Below are positions 19,724 through 30,622 of a stretch of DNA of 64,000 nucleotides, piece after piece (the first letter of the stretch is position 1; each line of letters starts with the position of its first letter). This stretch comes from an uncultured delta proteobacterium. Lineage in GTDB: Bacteria > Myxococcota > Myxococcia > Myxococcales > Myxococcaceae. The stretch covers positions 192,001 through 256,000 of the forward strand of contig CAWCKH010000001.1 of NCBI GenBank assembly GCA_963796055.1, read 5' to 3'. A program made the position numbers and the translations under genes. Under the pieces are notes generated by a model, which saw nothing but the letters and a program-made list of their open reading frames with translations, was not told where the DNA came from and did no database searches.

Positions 19724-20586
19724 TCCGCCGGACGTTCCAGCTGGTTGCAGGCATCGGCCCGTGGCGGGAGAAGGACCTCTGGGCACGGGGCTTCGACACC
19801 TGGGATGCGGTCCGCGGCGGGGGCGAGGCGGCGCTGGGAGCAAGGCTGAACGCCGAGCTGCGCGCAGGCATCGACCGGGCCGAGGCGGCGCTCGACCGGG
19901 GAGACCTCGCAGCGCTGGTCCGGATGGTTCCAGCCCGGGAGCACTGGCGCCTCTGGCCGCTGGTGGCCGACGAGGCGCTGTGCCTGGACATCGAGGCCGA
20001 TGGGGTGGGGGAGCGCCAGCGGCCCACGGTGGCGGGCTGCCTGGACGTGGACGCGCTGGCGACCTTCATCGACGGCAGGAACCTCGATGCGCTCCCGGAT
20101 CGGCTCGGCGGCCGCCGGGTCTGGGTGACGTTCAACGGCGCCTGCTTCGATCTCCCGGTCCTGCGGCACGCCTTCCCGGGGCTGTCCGAGCCGGTGTTGC
20201 ACCTGGATCTGAAGCCGGTGTGCCGGCGCATCGGCCTCGGCGGAGGCCTGAAGTCGGCCGAGGACCGCCTGGGCATCGCCCGCCCGCCGCACCTCCGCGG
20301 CCGGAGCGGGATGGACGCGGTGCTGCTCTGGCGCGCGTACCACGCCACCGGCGACGTCGAGGCGCTGCGATTCCTGGTGGAGTACAACCTGTACGACGCC
20401 TTCCAGCTCCGGGCGGTCGCCGACCACGCCTTCAACCGCGCCGCCGAGCGCCTCCACTGGCCGGACCGCGTCCAGCCCTGGGACCGCGGGCTGGTGCTCT
20501 ACGACCTGAGCCGGCTGCTCCTGGCGCTCGAGCCGACGGCAGCGGACCACGCCCGGGCCGAGAGCCTGCGCGCACTCGACGGCTGA
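19720..20586 (+). CDS. RNase H-like DEDD exonuclease (YprB-like)
   Basis: LDIE, TFNGACFDLP, GGLKSAE, YNLYD. Confidence 0.82.
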   Translation: MIRRTFQLVAGIGPWREKDLWARGFDTWDAVRGGGEAALGARLNAELRAGIDRAEAALDRGDLAALVRMVPAREHWRLWPLVADEALCLDIEADGVGERQRPTVAGCLDVDALATFIDGRNLDALPDRLGGRRVWVTFNGACFDLPVLRHAFPGLSEPVLHLDLKPVCRRIGLGGGLKSAEDRLGIARPPHLRGRSGMDAVLLWRAYHATGDVEALRFLVEYNLYDAFQLRAVADHAFNRAAERLHWPDRVQPWDRGLVLYDLSRLLLALEPTAADHARAESLRALDG

Positions 20587-20737
20587 CGAGGCGAAGCCGG
20601 CTGACCGCGGCCAATCGGAACTCATCGACGCGAGAAGCCGAAACATTCCCTCCGGCCGTCTGTCCAGGCGGGGTGCGTCGCACGGACGCACGTCTTTCGC
20701 TGGCCCCACCGCTGGTGTAGTCCACGGCCTCGCTCGC

Positions 20738-21868
20738 ATGCCCCGTCGCGTTCTCGTCCTGGCCACCCTGGCCGCCGCCCTTGCCATCCTCGCGCTCGAG
20801 CTGGTGATCCGGAGGCTGGGGTCCGAGCCCGGGGGTCCCCGGCCGATCCACCGGCTGGCGAGGAACTCCAGCGAGCCGCTCCCCACCCTGTGGCCCGTGC
20901 CGTCGTTTCGCCTGGTGGACCAGAACGGTCAGGTGCGGACCCCCGACGAGCTGCGCGGCTCGGTGTGGATCGCCGACTTCATCTTCACCAGCTGCAAGAG
21001 CGTCTGCCCGGTGCTCTCGGCCAAGATGGTCCAGGTCCAGCACGCCATCCAGGACCCGCGCCTGAAGTTCGTCAGCTTCTCGGTGGACCCCGAGCGCGAC
21101 ACGCCCCAGGCGCTCCGGGCCTATGCGAGCCGCTGGGCCCCCGACGAGTCCCGCTGGACGCTGCTCGCCACCACCAAGCAGAGCCTGGCCGACCTGACCC
21201 GGGGGATGAAGACCTTCGTCGAGGCCCAGCCCGACCCGGACGCCACGCTCCACACCAGCGAGCTGTACCTGATCGACGCGCAGGGGCGGGTGCGCGGGCT
21301 CTACGCCACCGACGGGGACTCGTTCGCCCCGCTCGTGCCCGACGCGCGCCGGCTCCTCGCCGAGCTGGGAAAGCCGTCGGCAGCGACCGGACCCCCGGGT
21401 GCTGCCAGCGAGGACGGGGCGGCCCTGTACCGGCAGCTCGGGTGCGCAGGGTGCCACGACGCGCCGGCCATCGCCCCGTCGCTGGCAGGCCTGGCCGGCC
21501 GGACGGTGATGCTCGCCGACGGGCGGGCCACCACCGCCAGCCCCGAATACCTGGCGGAGTCGATCCTCGACCCCGCCGCGAAGGTCGTGGCGACCTACCC
21601 ACCCTCGATGCCCGGCTACCGCGCGCAGCTCACGGACGGGCAGCTGACGGCGCTGGTCCAGTACCTCGAGGGACTGAAGGCACCGGCCGGCGCGGCCGCC
21701 CCGACGACCGTGGCCAGCGAGGGTGCAGCGGTGGACCCCGTCTGCGGCATGTCCATCCACACCGGGCCCGACACCCCGCACGTCACCCACGACGGTCACA
21801 CGGTCTACTTCTGCTCCGAGCACTGCCGGGACCGCTTCGTCAAGAACCCCGGCGCCTACGGCCACTGA
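20738..21868 (+). CDS. SCO/SenC - cytochrome c - YHS fusion protein
   Basis: FTSCKSVCP plus His (SCO); CAGCH and distal Met in SMPG (cytochrome c); DPVCGM..YFCSEHC..F..NP..Y (YHS). Confidence 0.88.
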   Translation: MPRRVLVLATLAAALAILALELVIRRLGSEPGGPRPIHRLARNSSEPLPTLWPVPSFRLVDQNGQVRTPDELRGSVWIADFIFTSCKSVCPVLSAKMVQVQHAIQDPRLKFVSFSVDPERDTPQALRAYASRWAPDESRWTLLATTKQSLADLTRGMKTFVEAQPDPDATLHTSELYLIDAQGRVRGLYATDGDSFAPLVPDARRLLAELGKPSAATGPPGAASEDGAALYRQLGCAGCHDAPAIAPSLAGLAGRTVMLADGRATTASPEYLAESILDPAAKVVATYPPSMPGYRAQLTDGQLTALVQYLEGLKAPAGAAAPTTVASEGAAVDPVCGMSIHTGPDTPHVTHDGHTVYFCSEHCRDRFVKNPGAYGH

Positions 21869-21869
21869 T

Positions 21870-22400
21870 TCAGCGGTGCCGTCGCTTCCGGTGCGGGGGA
21901 GGTGGCTTCGGCCGCTCCCGCTCGCCGCTGGTGCGGAACTCGAGCCGCTGCTCCGGCACCTCCTTGCCGCTCCCGTCGTCGAAGGTCGCACCCGACTGCG
22001 CGTCGACCAGCACCGCATAGCGGTGCCCCGGTTCGAGGGGCCTCGAGAGGTCGATGTGGTAGCGGAGGGCGGTCGAGGTCTCCTCCGGGACGTCGTCCGA
22101 TTCCAGAGCCCGGTCATGCTCGTCCAGGACGCGGACACGGGCGTTGTGCAGGGGCCGGTTGCTCTCCACCAGAAGCTGCCGGGCGGGCGACACCAGTGGC
22201 GTCTCCAGCCCGAGCAGCGCATGGCGCTCGGTCCCACCGTCGGGGAGGGTGACCAGGAGATCCAGCGCCAGGGGAACGATCGGGCCCGCGTCCACCACTG
22301 CCGCCACCGGGCCTGCGTCGGGAACCGTCGGCTGGGTCGCGGGGCATCCGGCGGCGCCCAGCGCGACCGCACACAACTTCACCACCTTCCAGGTGCGCAT
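21870..22400 (-). CDS. hypothetical lipoprotein
   Basis: Lipobox AAGC, PDAG linker, beta-rich C-terminus with an Ig-like appearance. Confidence 0.65.
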   Translation of the reverse strand: MRTWKVVKLCAVALGAAGCPATQPTVPDAGPVAAVVDAGPIVPLALDLLVTLPDGGTERHALLGLETPLVSPARQLLVESNRPLHNARVRVLDEHDRALESDDVPEETSTALRYHIDLSRPLEPGHRYAVLVDAQSGATFDDGSGKEVPEQRLEFRTSGERERPKPPPPHRKRRHR

Positions 22401-22429
22401 CGGGGCGCGGACGTTAGCTTGCGACACCC

Positions 22430-23389
22430 ATGACCGACACGCTCCGCTTCAGGAACCTCGACGGGTCGGGCCCGGTGCCGTTCCGGAAGGTCCTTCGGTG
22501 GGCGCTGCTGGACAGGTTCGCCGGCCGTCGGCGGCGCGCCCCGGCGCGAGCGTCCGTTCCCGAGGTGCGGGCCGACGTCGAGGCGCTCCGCCGGTCTCCG
22601 CTCGACGGCCTCCGGGTCACCTGGCTGGGGCACGCGAGCTGGCTGGTGCAGGGCGCGGGGACGTCGGTGCTGATCGACCCTGCGCTCGGGCCGCGGATCT
22701 CCGGCGTCATCCCCCGCAACGCCGGGCCGGGCCTCCGCGTGGACCAGCTCCCGTCCATCGACGCGGCGCTCGTCACCCACAACCACTACGACCACCTCGA
22801 CCTTCCGACGCTCCGCGCGGTGGGCGCGCCCGTGGTCGCGGGGCTGGGAACCCGGCCGAATCTGCGCGGCCTGGCGTGCACCGAGCTGGGGTGGTGGGAC
22901 CGGCTCCGCGTCGGAGGCCTGACCGTCACCTTCGTCCCCAGCCAGCACTGGAGCCGCCGGGGACTCGGGGACATGAACCAGGCCCTGTGGGGCGGCTTCG
23001 TCGTCGAGGGCGGTGACACGCGCGTGTACCACGCCGGCGACACCGCCTACTTCGGCGGCTTCCGGGAGATCGGCCAGCGCTTCCCCGGGCTGGACGCCGC
23101 GCTGCTGCCCATCGGCGCGTACGACCCGGAGTGGTTCATGCGGCCGCAGCACATGAACCCGGAGGACGCGGTCCAGGCCTTCGTCGATCTCGGAGCGCGG
23201 CGGCTGGTGGCCATGCACTGGGGCACCTTCAAGCTCACCGACGAGCCGCTCGACGAGCCGCCTCGCAGGCTCCGGATGGAGTGGGCCCGCCGTGGCCTCC
23301 CCGCGGACGCGCTCTGCATCCCGCCCATCGGCGAGACCCTCGAGCTCCGGGCTCCCCAGGCCCTCTCCGCGACGCAGCTCGGGGGCTGA
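22430..23389 (+). CDS. MBL-fold metallo-hydrolase (NAPE-PLD/RomA-like)
   Basis: WLGHAS, THNHYDHLD, QHWSRR, AGDT, PIGAY, MHWGTF. Confidence 0.9.
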   Translation: MTDTLRFRNLDGSGPVPFRKVLRWALLDRFAGRRRRAPARASVPEVRADVEALRRSPLDGLRVTWLGHASWLVQGAGTSVLIDPALGPRISGVIPRNAGPGLRVDQLPSIDAALVTHNHYDHLDLPTLRAVGAPVVAGLGTRPNLRGLACTELGWWDRLRVGGLTVTFVPSQHWSRRGLGDMNQALWGGFVVEGGDTRVYHAGDTAYFGGFREIGQRFPGLDAALLPIGAYDPEWFMRPQHMNPEDAVQAFVDLGARRLVAMHWGTFKLTDEPLDEPPRRLRMEWARRGLPADALCIPPIGETLELRAPQALSATQLGG

Positions 23390-23526
23390 CCGCCCGGGGC
23401 GTCCGTCCCGATCGGACCGCCTGGTTCCGGGGACCCGTGGTGTTCACCAGGCCACTGTGCACCGCTCCGCTCGAGGCCCAGCTGACGGGCGAGCGGCCCG
23501 CACCCATCTTCCCCGGCGTTCGTCCA

Positions 23527-24618
23527 GTGAAGGTCGCCCACATCATCCACGGTCTCGACATTGGCGGCCTCGAGCGGCTGGTGGTGGATCTCGCCGCGCG
23601 CTCGCGGGCGTTCGGCGTGGACCCATCCCTCGTCGCCTTCGGCCAGGACGGGCCGGTGCGCGCCTGGGCCGAGGCGGTGGGCCTGCCGGTCCATCCGCTG
23701 GGGGACATCCGTGGGCTCTCGCTGGAGGCGCTCCGCCGGCTCGCCAGTGCACTGTCCGGGGTCTCCGTGGCGCACGCCCACGATCTCGGGCCCTGGCTCA
23801 ATGCGGTGGCCGCCTGCAGCCTCACGCCGCGGGTCCGTGTCCTGGCCACCTTCCACCAGCTCGCGCCGCCCAGCGGCCGGAAGCGATGCGCCGCCAGGCT
23901 CGGGGCACGCCGCAGCCGCGCCCTGGTCGCCTGCGGGGCGGAAGTCCGCGCCGAGCTGCGCAGCTGGGCGCCCGAGGGCACTCCGGTGGTGACCATCGGC
24001 AACGGGGTCGCGCTTCCTGGGCCGGCCACCGCGGAGCAGCGTGCCCGCGCCCGGCACCGGATGGGGCTGCCGGAGGGCGCCGTTGCCATCGGCTACCTGG
24101 GCCGGATGCACCCGGAGAAGGGCCCCGACCTCCTGGTGGAGGCCATGGTGCGCCACGCGCTCGACCTTCCCCAGGCACATCTGGTGCTCGTGGGGCGAGG
24201 GCCGCTGGACGATGCGCTCCGCACGGCCACTGCGCCGCTGGGGGCGCGGGCGCACCTGCTCGGAGAGGTGGTGGAGGGCGCGGCCGAGCTCCTCGCTGGC
24301 CTCGACGTCTATGCGCAGCCGTCGCGGCGGGAAGGCCGCTCGCTCTCGATGCTCGAGGCGATGGCGGCATCGCTCCCCACCGTCGCCCACCGGCTCCCGG
24401 CGGTCGCCGAGGTCCACCCGGACGGCTCGACGGCCATCCTCGTCCCTGCCGAGGACGTGGAGGCACTGGGCGCGGCGCTCCGGGCCCTGGTGCTCGACCC
24501 GGCGCGCCGCGCAGCGATGGGAAACGCCGCGCGCGCCCGGGTGGCCGCCTTCTCGATGGACGCCATGGTGGAGGCCTACGTCCGGCTGTGGCGCGCCTGC
24601 GCTCCGGTGCGCGCATGA
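23527..24618 (+). CDS. glycosyltransferase family 4
   Basis: GGLER, GRMHPEKG, EGRSLSMLEAMA; GTG start inferred. Confidence 0.88.
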   Translation: MKVAHIIHGLDIGGLERLVVDLAARSRAFGVDPSLVAFGQDGPVRAWAEAVGLPVHPLGDIRGLSLEALRRLASALSGVSVAHAHDLGPWLNAVAACSLTPRVRVLATFHQLAPPSGRKRCAARLGARRSRALVACGAEVRAELRSWAPEGTPVVTIGNGVALPGPATAEQRARARHRMGLPEGAVAIGYLGRMHPEKGPDLLVEAMVRHALDLPQAHLVLVGRGPLDDALRTATAPLGARAHLLGEVVEGAAELLAGLDVYAQPSRREGRSLSMLEAMAASLPTVAHRLPAVAEVHPDGSTAILVPAEDVEALGAALRALVLDPARRAAMGNAARARVAAFSMDAMVEAYVRLWRACAPVRA

Positions 24619-25724
24619 CGCGGGTGGTGCACCTCCGCTCGGGGCACGGCCTGTACGGGGCCGAGCGCTCGCTGCTCGCGCTCGCCGCCGCGACCCAGCC
24701 TCCCCTGGCGCCGGTGGTGGCGAGCCTCGTCCGCCCGGGCCACGCGGATGCCCTGGGCGATGGAGCGCGGAAGCTCGGGCTGGAGACGGTCCGGGTGGAG
24801 GCCCCGGGCCGGCTGTCGTGGCGCGCCCTCGAGCCCATCGCCCGGCTCGCGAGAGGCGGGCTGCTGCACGCCCACGACTACAAGAGCCTGCTCCTGGCCC
24901 TCGCGGCCGGGGCCGCCACCCGCGCCCCGGTGGTGGCCACCTTCCACGGGGACACCGGGCACCTGCCCCGGGTCCGTGCCTACGAGGCGCTCGCCCGTCG
25001 CGCCGCGCGCTGGACCTCCGGCGTGGCGGTGACCTCGGACGTCCTCGCCGCCCAGCTCCGTGCCGCCGCCCCACGCACCCCGGTGGAGGTCATCCCCAAC
25101 GGGATCCAGGTCGGTCCACTTCCCACGGAACGCGAACGGCGTGTCGCCCGGGAGGCGCTCGACATCCCGGCCGGAGCGCAGGTGGTGGCCTTCGTCGGCC
25201 GGCTCTCCCCCGAGAAGGCCCCCGAGGTCCTGCTCCAGGCCGCGCAGGGCGTGGACGTCTCCCTGCTCTACGCGGGCGACGGTCCACTCCGCGCCGCGCT
25301 CGAGGCCGAGGCGGCCGGGACCCGGACCCGGTTCCTCGGCTTCGTTCCCGAGGTGGGACGGGTGCTCGCAGCCGCGGACGTGCTCGCCCTGCCCTCGCGT
25401 ACCGAGGGGCTCCCGATGGCCGTCCTCGAGGCCATGGCCGCCGGCGTCCCGGTCGTGGCCAGCGCGGTGGGCTCGCTGCCCGAGGTGCTCGGGGGCGGCG
25501 CCGGGGTGCTGGTGCCGCCGGGCGAGGTGGAGGCGCTCCGGGGTGCGCTCCGCCACCTCGCCGACTCCGGCCGGCGTCGGGTGCTGTCCGTGACGGCGCG
25601 GGTGCGGGTGGAGTCACGTTACGGGGCGGCGGCGATGGCCCGGAGCTACCTCGAGCGGCTCTATCAACCGGCGCTGGAGAGGGCGCGCCGGCGGAACCGC
25701 GCGCCCGAGCTCCAGCCACGGTAG
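24615..25724 (+). CDS. glycosyltransferase family 4
   Basis: YGAER, HAHDYK, GRLSPEK, EGLPMAVLEAMA. Confidence 0.88.
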   Translation: MTRVVHLRSGHGLYGAERSLLALAAATQPPLAPVVASLVRPGHADALGDGARKLGLETVRVEAPGRLSWRALEPIARLARGGLLHAHDYKSLLLALAAGAATRAPVVATFHGDTGHLPRVRAYEALARRAARWTSGVAVTSDVLAAQLRAAAPRTPVEVIPNGIQVGPLPTERERRVAREALDIPAGAQVVAFVGRLSPEKAPEVLLQAAQGVDVSLLYAGDGPLRAALEAEAAGTRTRFLGFVPEVGRVLAAADVLALPSRTEGLPMAVLEAMAAGVPVVASAVGSLPEVLGGGAGVLVPPGEVEALRGALRHLADSGRRRVLSVTARVRVESRYGAAAMARSYLERLYQPALERARRRNRAPELQPR

Positions 25725-26881
25725 AGCTCGACCAGTCGTGCACCGATGTGCCGCCAGTCGAACTGCTGGGCCACCTGCCACGCAGCCTCGGCGAGCCGGG
25801 CCCCCAGCTCGGGCTCGCGACGCAGCCGGATGAGGGCCTCGACGAACGCCTCGGGGGACTCGGCATGGAGCAGGTGCCTGCCGTGGACGAACGGCAGCCC
25901 CTCGGTCGCGAGTCCGGTGGCGACGATGGGCACCCGCGCTGCGGCGGCCTCCAGGACCTTCAGCCGGGTGCCGGAGCCCGCCCGCAGGGGCATGGCGGTG
26001 GCGAAGGAGCGTGCCAGCCACGGCGCGACGTCGGGCACCCGCCCGGTCACCTCGATGTCCAGCGCAGCCAGCGCACGGACCTGGTCGGGAGGCTTCCGCC
26101 CGATGAGCGCGAGGCGGAGCCCGGGGCATCTCACCCGGAATCCCGGCCAGATCTCCCGGGCGAGCACGGTGGCGGCGTCGACGTTGGGACGCCAGTCGAA
26201 CGAGCCGACGAAGGCCACGGTGTCCCGGGGCTCGACCGAGACCGGAAGCGGGCGCAGCTCGACGCCATTGGAGACCACATGGACCTCGCGGGCGCCGGAC
26301 CGGCGAAGCAGGGCGCCGTCGAGCTCGGAGCAGCAGAGCACCGCGTCCAGGCCCCGGACGACCCGCCTCTCGAGGCGGGCGATGGCCTCGGCCTGGCGCC
26401 GGAGGCCGAGGCTCAGCGGCCAAGGGGAGACCTCGGCCAGCCGCTCCGCCACCTGTGCCTCGACGTTGTGGGCGTCCATCACCACCCGCGCCCGGGGCGC
26501 CAGGGCCCGCGCCTCGGGGAGGAGCTGCGCGGCGTGCAGGTGGTCGAAGTGGATGAGATCGACGCTCTGCTCGGTGAGAAGGTGACGGAACGCCGAGCGG
26601 AGCGCGGGGCCGGCGTAGCGCGCGTACCCGAACGGGCGCCCCCGGAGCACGCCGCCGGCCTCGGCCCAGATCCAGGCCGGACTGCCGCCCCCCTCGGGCG
26701 CGGTGACCACTGGCCCCCGGAGCTGCTCACGCAACCGCACGGCGTCGCCGCCCGGCAGGTCGGGCGCCAGGACGGTCACCTCGAAGGCAGCGTCGAGGGC
26801 CTTCAGGAGCTGGAGCGCACGGAGCGTCCCACCGGAATCGGCGGGGAAGGGGACCCTGGGGGCGACAATCAGAAGTTTCAC
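25664..26881 (-). CDS. glycosyltransferase family 4
   Basis: PFPADSGG, HNVE, GSFDWRPN, GSGTRLKVLEA; GTG start inferred. Confidence 0.86.
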   Translation of the reverse strand: MKLLIVAPRVPFPADSGGTLRALQLLKALDAAFEVTVLAPDLPGGDAVRLREQLRGPVVTAPEGGGSPAWIWAEAGGVLRGRPFGYARYAGPALRSAFRHLLTEQSVDLIHFDHLHAAQLLPEARALAPRARVVMDAHNVEAQVAERLAEVSPWPLSLGLRRQAEAIARLERRVVRGLDAVLCCSELDGALLRRSGAREVHVVSNGVELRPLPVSVEPRDTVAFVGSFDWRPNVDAATVLAREIWPGFRVRCPGLRLALIGRKPPDQVRALAALDIEVTGRVPDVAPWLARSFATAMPLRAGSGTRLKVLEAAAARVPIVATGLATEGLPFVHGRHLLHAESPEAFVEALIRLRREPELGARLAEAAWQVAQQFDWRHIGARLVELYRGWSSGARFRRRALSSAG

Positions 26882-27002
26882 GCGAAGAGGGCTTGCGATT
26901 CCTGGAAGCCGGGGTGAAACCTGCGTTCCACCGGCCGCCGCGCCAAGGGGAGCTCGGAGGACGGGTCTCACTCCTTGGACCGACCCCTCACAGGAGTGTC
27001 CG

Positions 27003-27584
27003 ATGATTCACGAACTGGCGCGCAACTGGGGCTGGATCGCGCTGCGCGGTGTCCTGGCAATTCTCTTCGGAATCCTCGCCGTCGCCTGGCCCAGCTCGGC
27101 CTTCGCGGCGATCGTCATCCTCTTCGGCGCCTACGCCTTCGTCGATGGCGTGTTCGCCCTGGTGGCGCTGTTCCGGGGCGCGGGGAGAGACCGTTTCTGG
27201 ATCCTGGTCTTCGAGGCCATCGTGGGGATCGGCATCGGCGTCCTCACCGTCGTCCGGCCCGCCGCCACGGCGCTGGCGCTGCTCTACTACGTGGGCATCT
27301 GGGCCATCCTGACCGGCATCTTCGAGGTGGTCGCGGCGGTGCGCTTGCGGAAGGAGATCACCGGAGAGTTCTGGCTGGGACTGGCCGGCGTGCTCTCCAT
27401 CGCCTTCGGGGTCCTGCTCTTCGCCACCCCGGAATCGGCGGGGCTGGCGCTGACCCTGTGGATCGGCGCCTACGCGATCGTCTTCGGGGTCATGCTGCTG
27501 CTGCTCGCCTTCCGGCTCCGGCGCTTCGCCGAGGGGCACCGGCCGACGCCGAGCACGACGACACCGGCAAGCGTCACCCGCTGA
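27003..27584 (+). CDS. HdeD/DUF308 family membrane protein
   Basis: W.WIALRG..AILFG, repeated TM hairpins, AVRLRKEI. Confidence 0.88.
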   Translation: MIHELARNWGWIALRGVLAILFGILAVAWPSSAFAAIVILFGAYAFVDGVFALVALFRGAGRDRFWILVFEAIVGIGIGVLTVVRPAATALALLYYVGIWAILTGIFEVVAAVRLRKEITGEFWLGLAGVLSIAFGVLLFATPESAGLALTLWIGAYAIVFGVMLLLLAFRLRRFAEGHRPTPSTTTPASVTR

Positions 27585-27600
27585 GCAGCGGCGCCCGGCC

Positions 27601-30465
<2,865 letters not shown>

Positions 30466-30549
30466 GGCAGGCGCATTCAACGCGAACCCCGCATGTCCTG
30501 GCGAGGTTCTCGCAAGCACCCCCGGATCAGGAGCACCGGAGGTCCTGGA

Positions 30550-30566
30550 GGCGCATCTTTTGCGCC
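30550..30566. promoter_or_regulatory. palindromic candidate operator in the dld/ppdK divergent spacer
   Basis: GGCGCA-N5-TGCGCC. Confidence 0.35.
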
Positions 30567-30622
30567 AACCCGGCCCTCACGCGCGAAAGCACCGTGGCAC
30601 CCCTGACAGGAGGCACCCTCCG

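Noticed and set aside
24041..26917. 958-aa ORF, and similar long ORFs at 30527-32929, 46226-48628 and 28151-30403
   Set aside because: Alternative-frame or antisense shadows of recognised genes, with no motifs
30594..30612. sigma54 promoter (TGGCAC) before ppdK
   Set aside because: No GC at the -12 position (GG-N10-AG)
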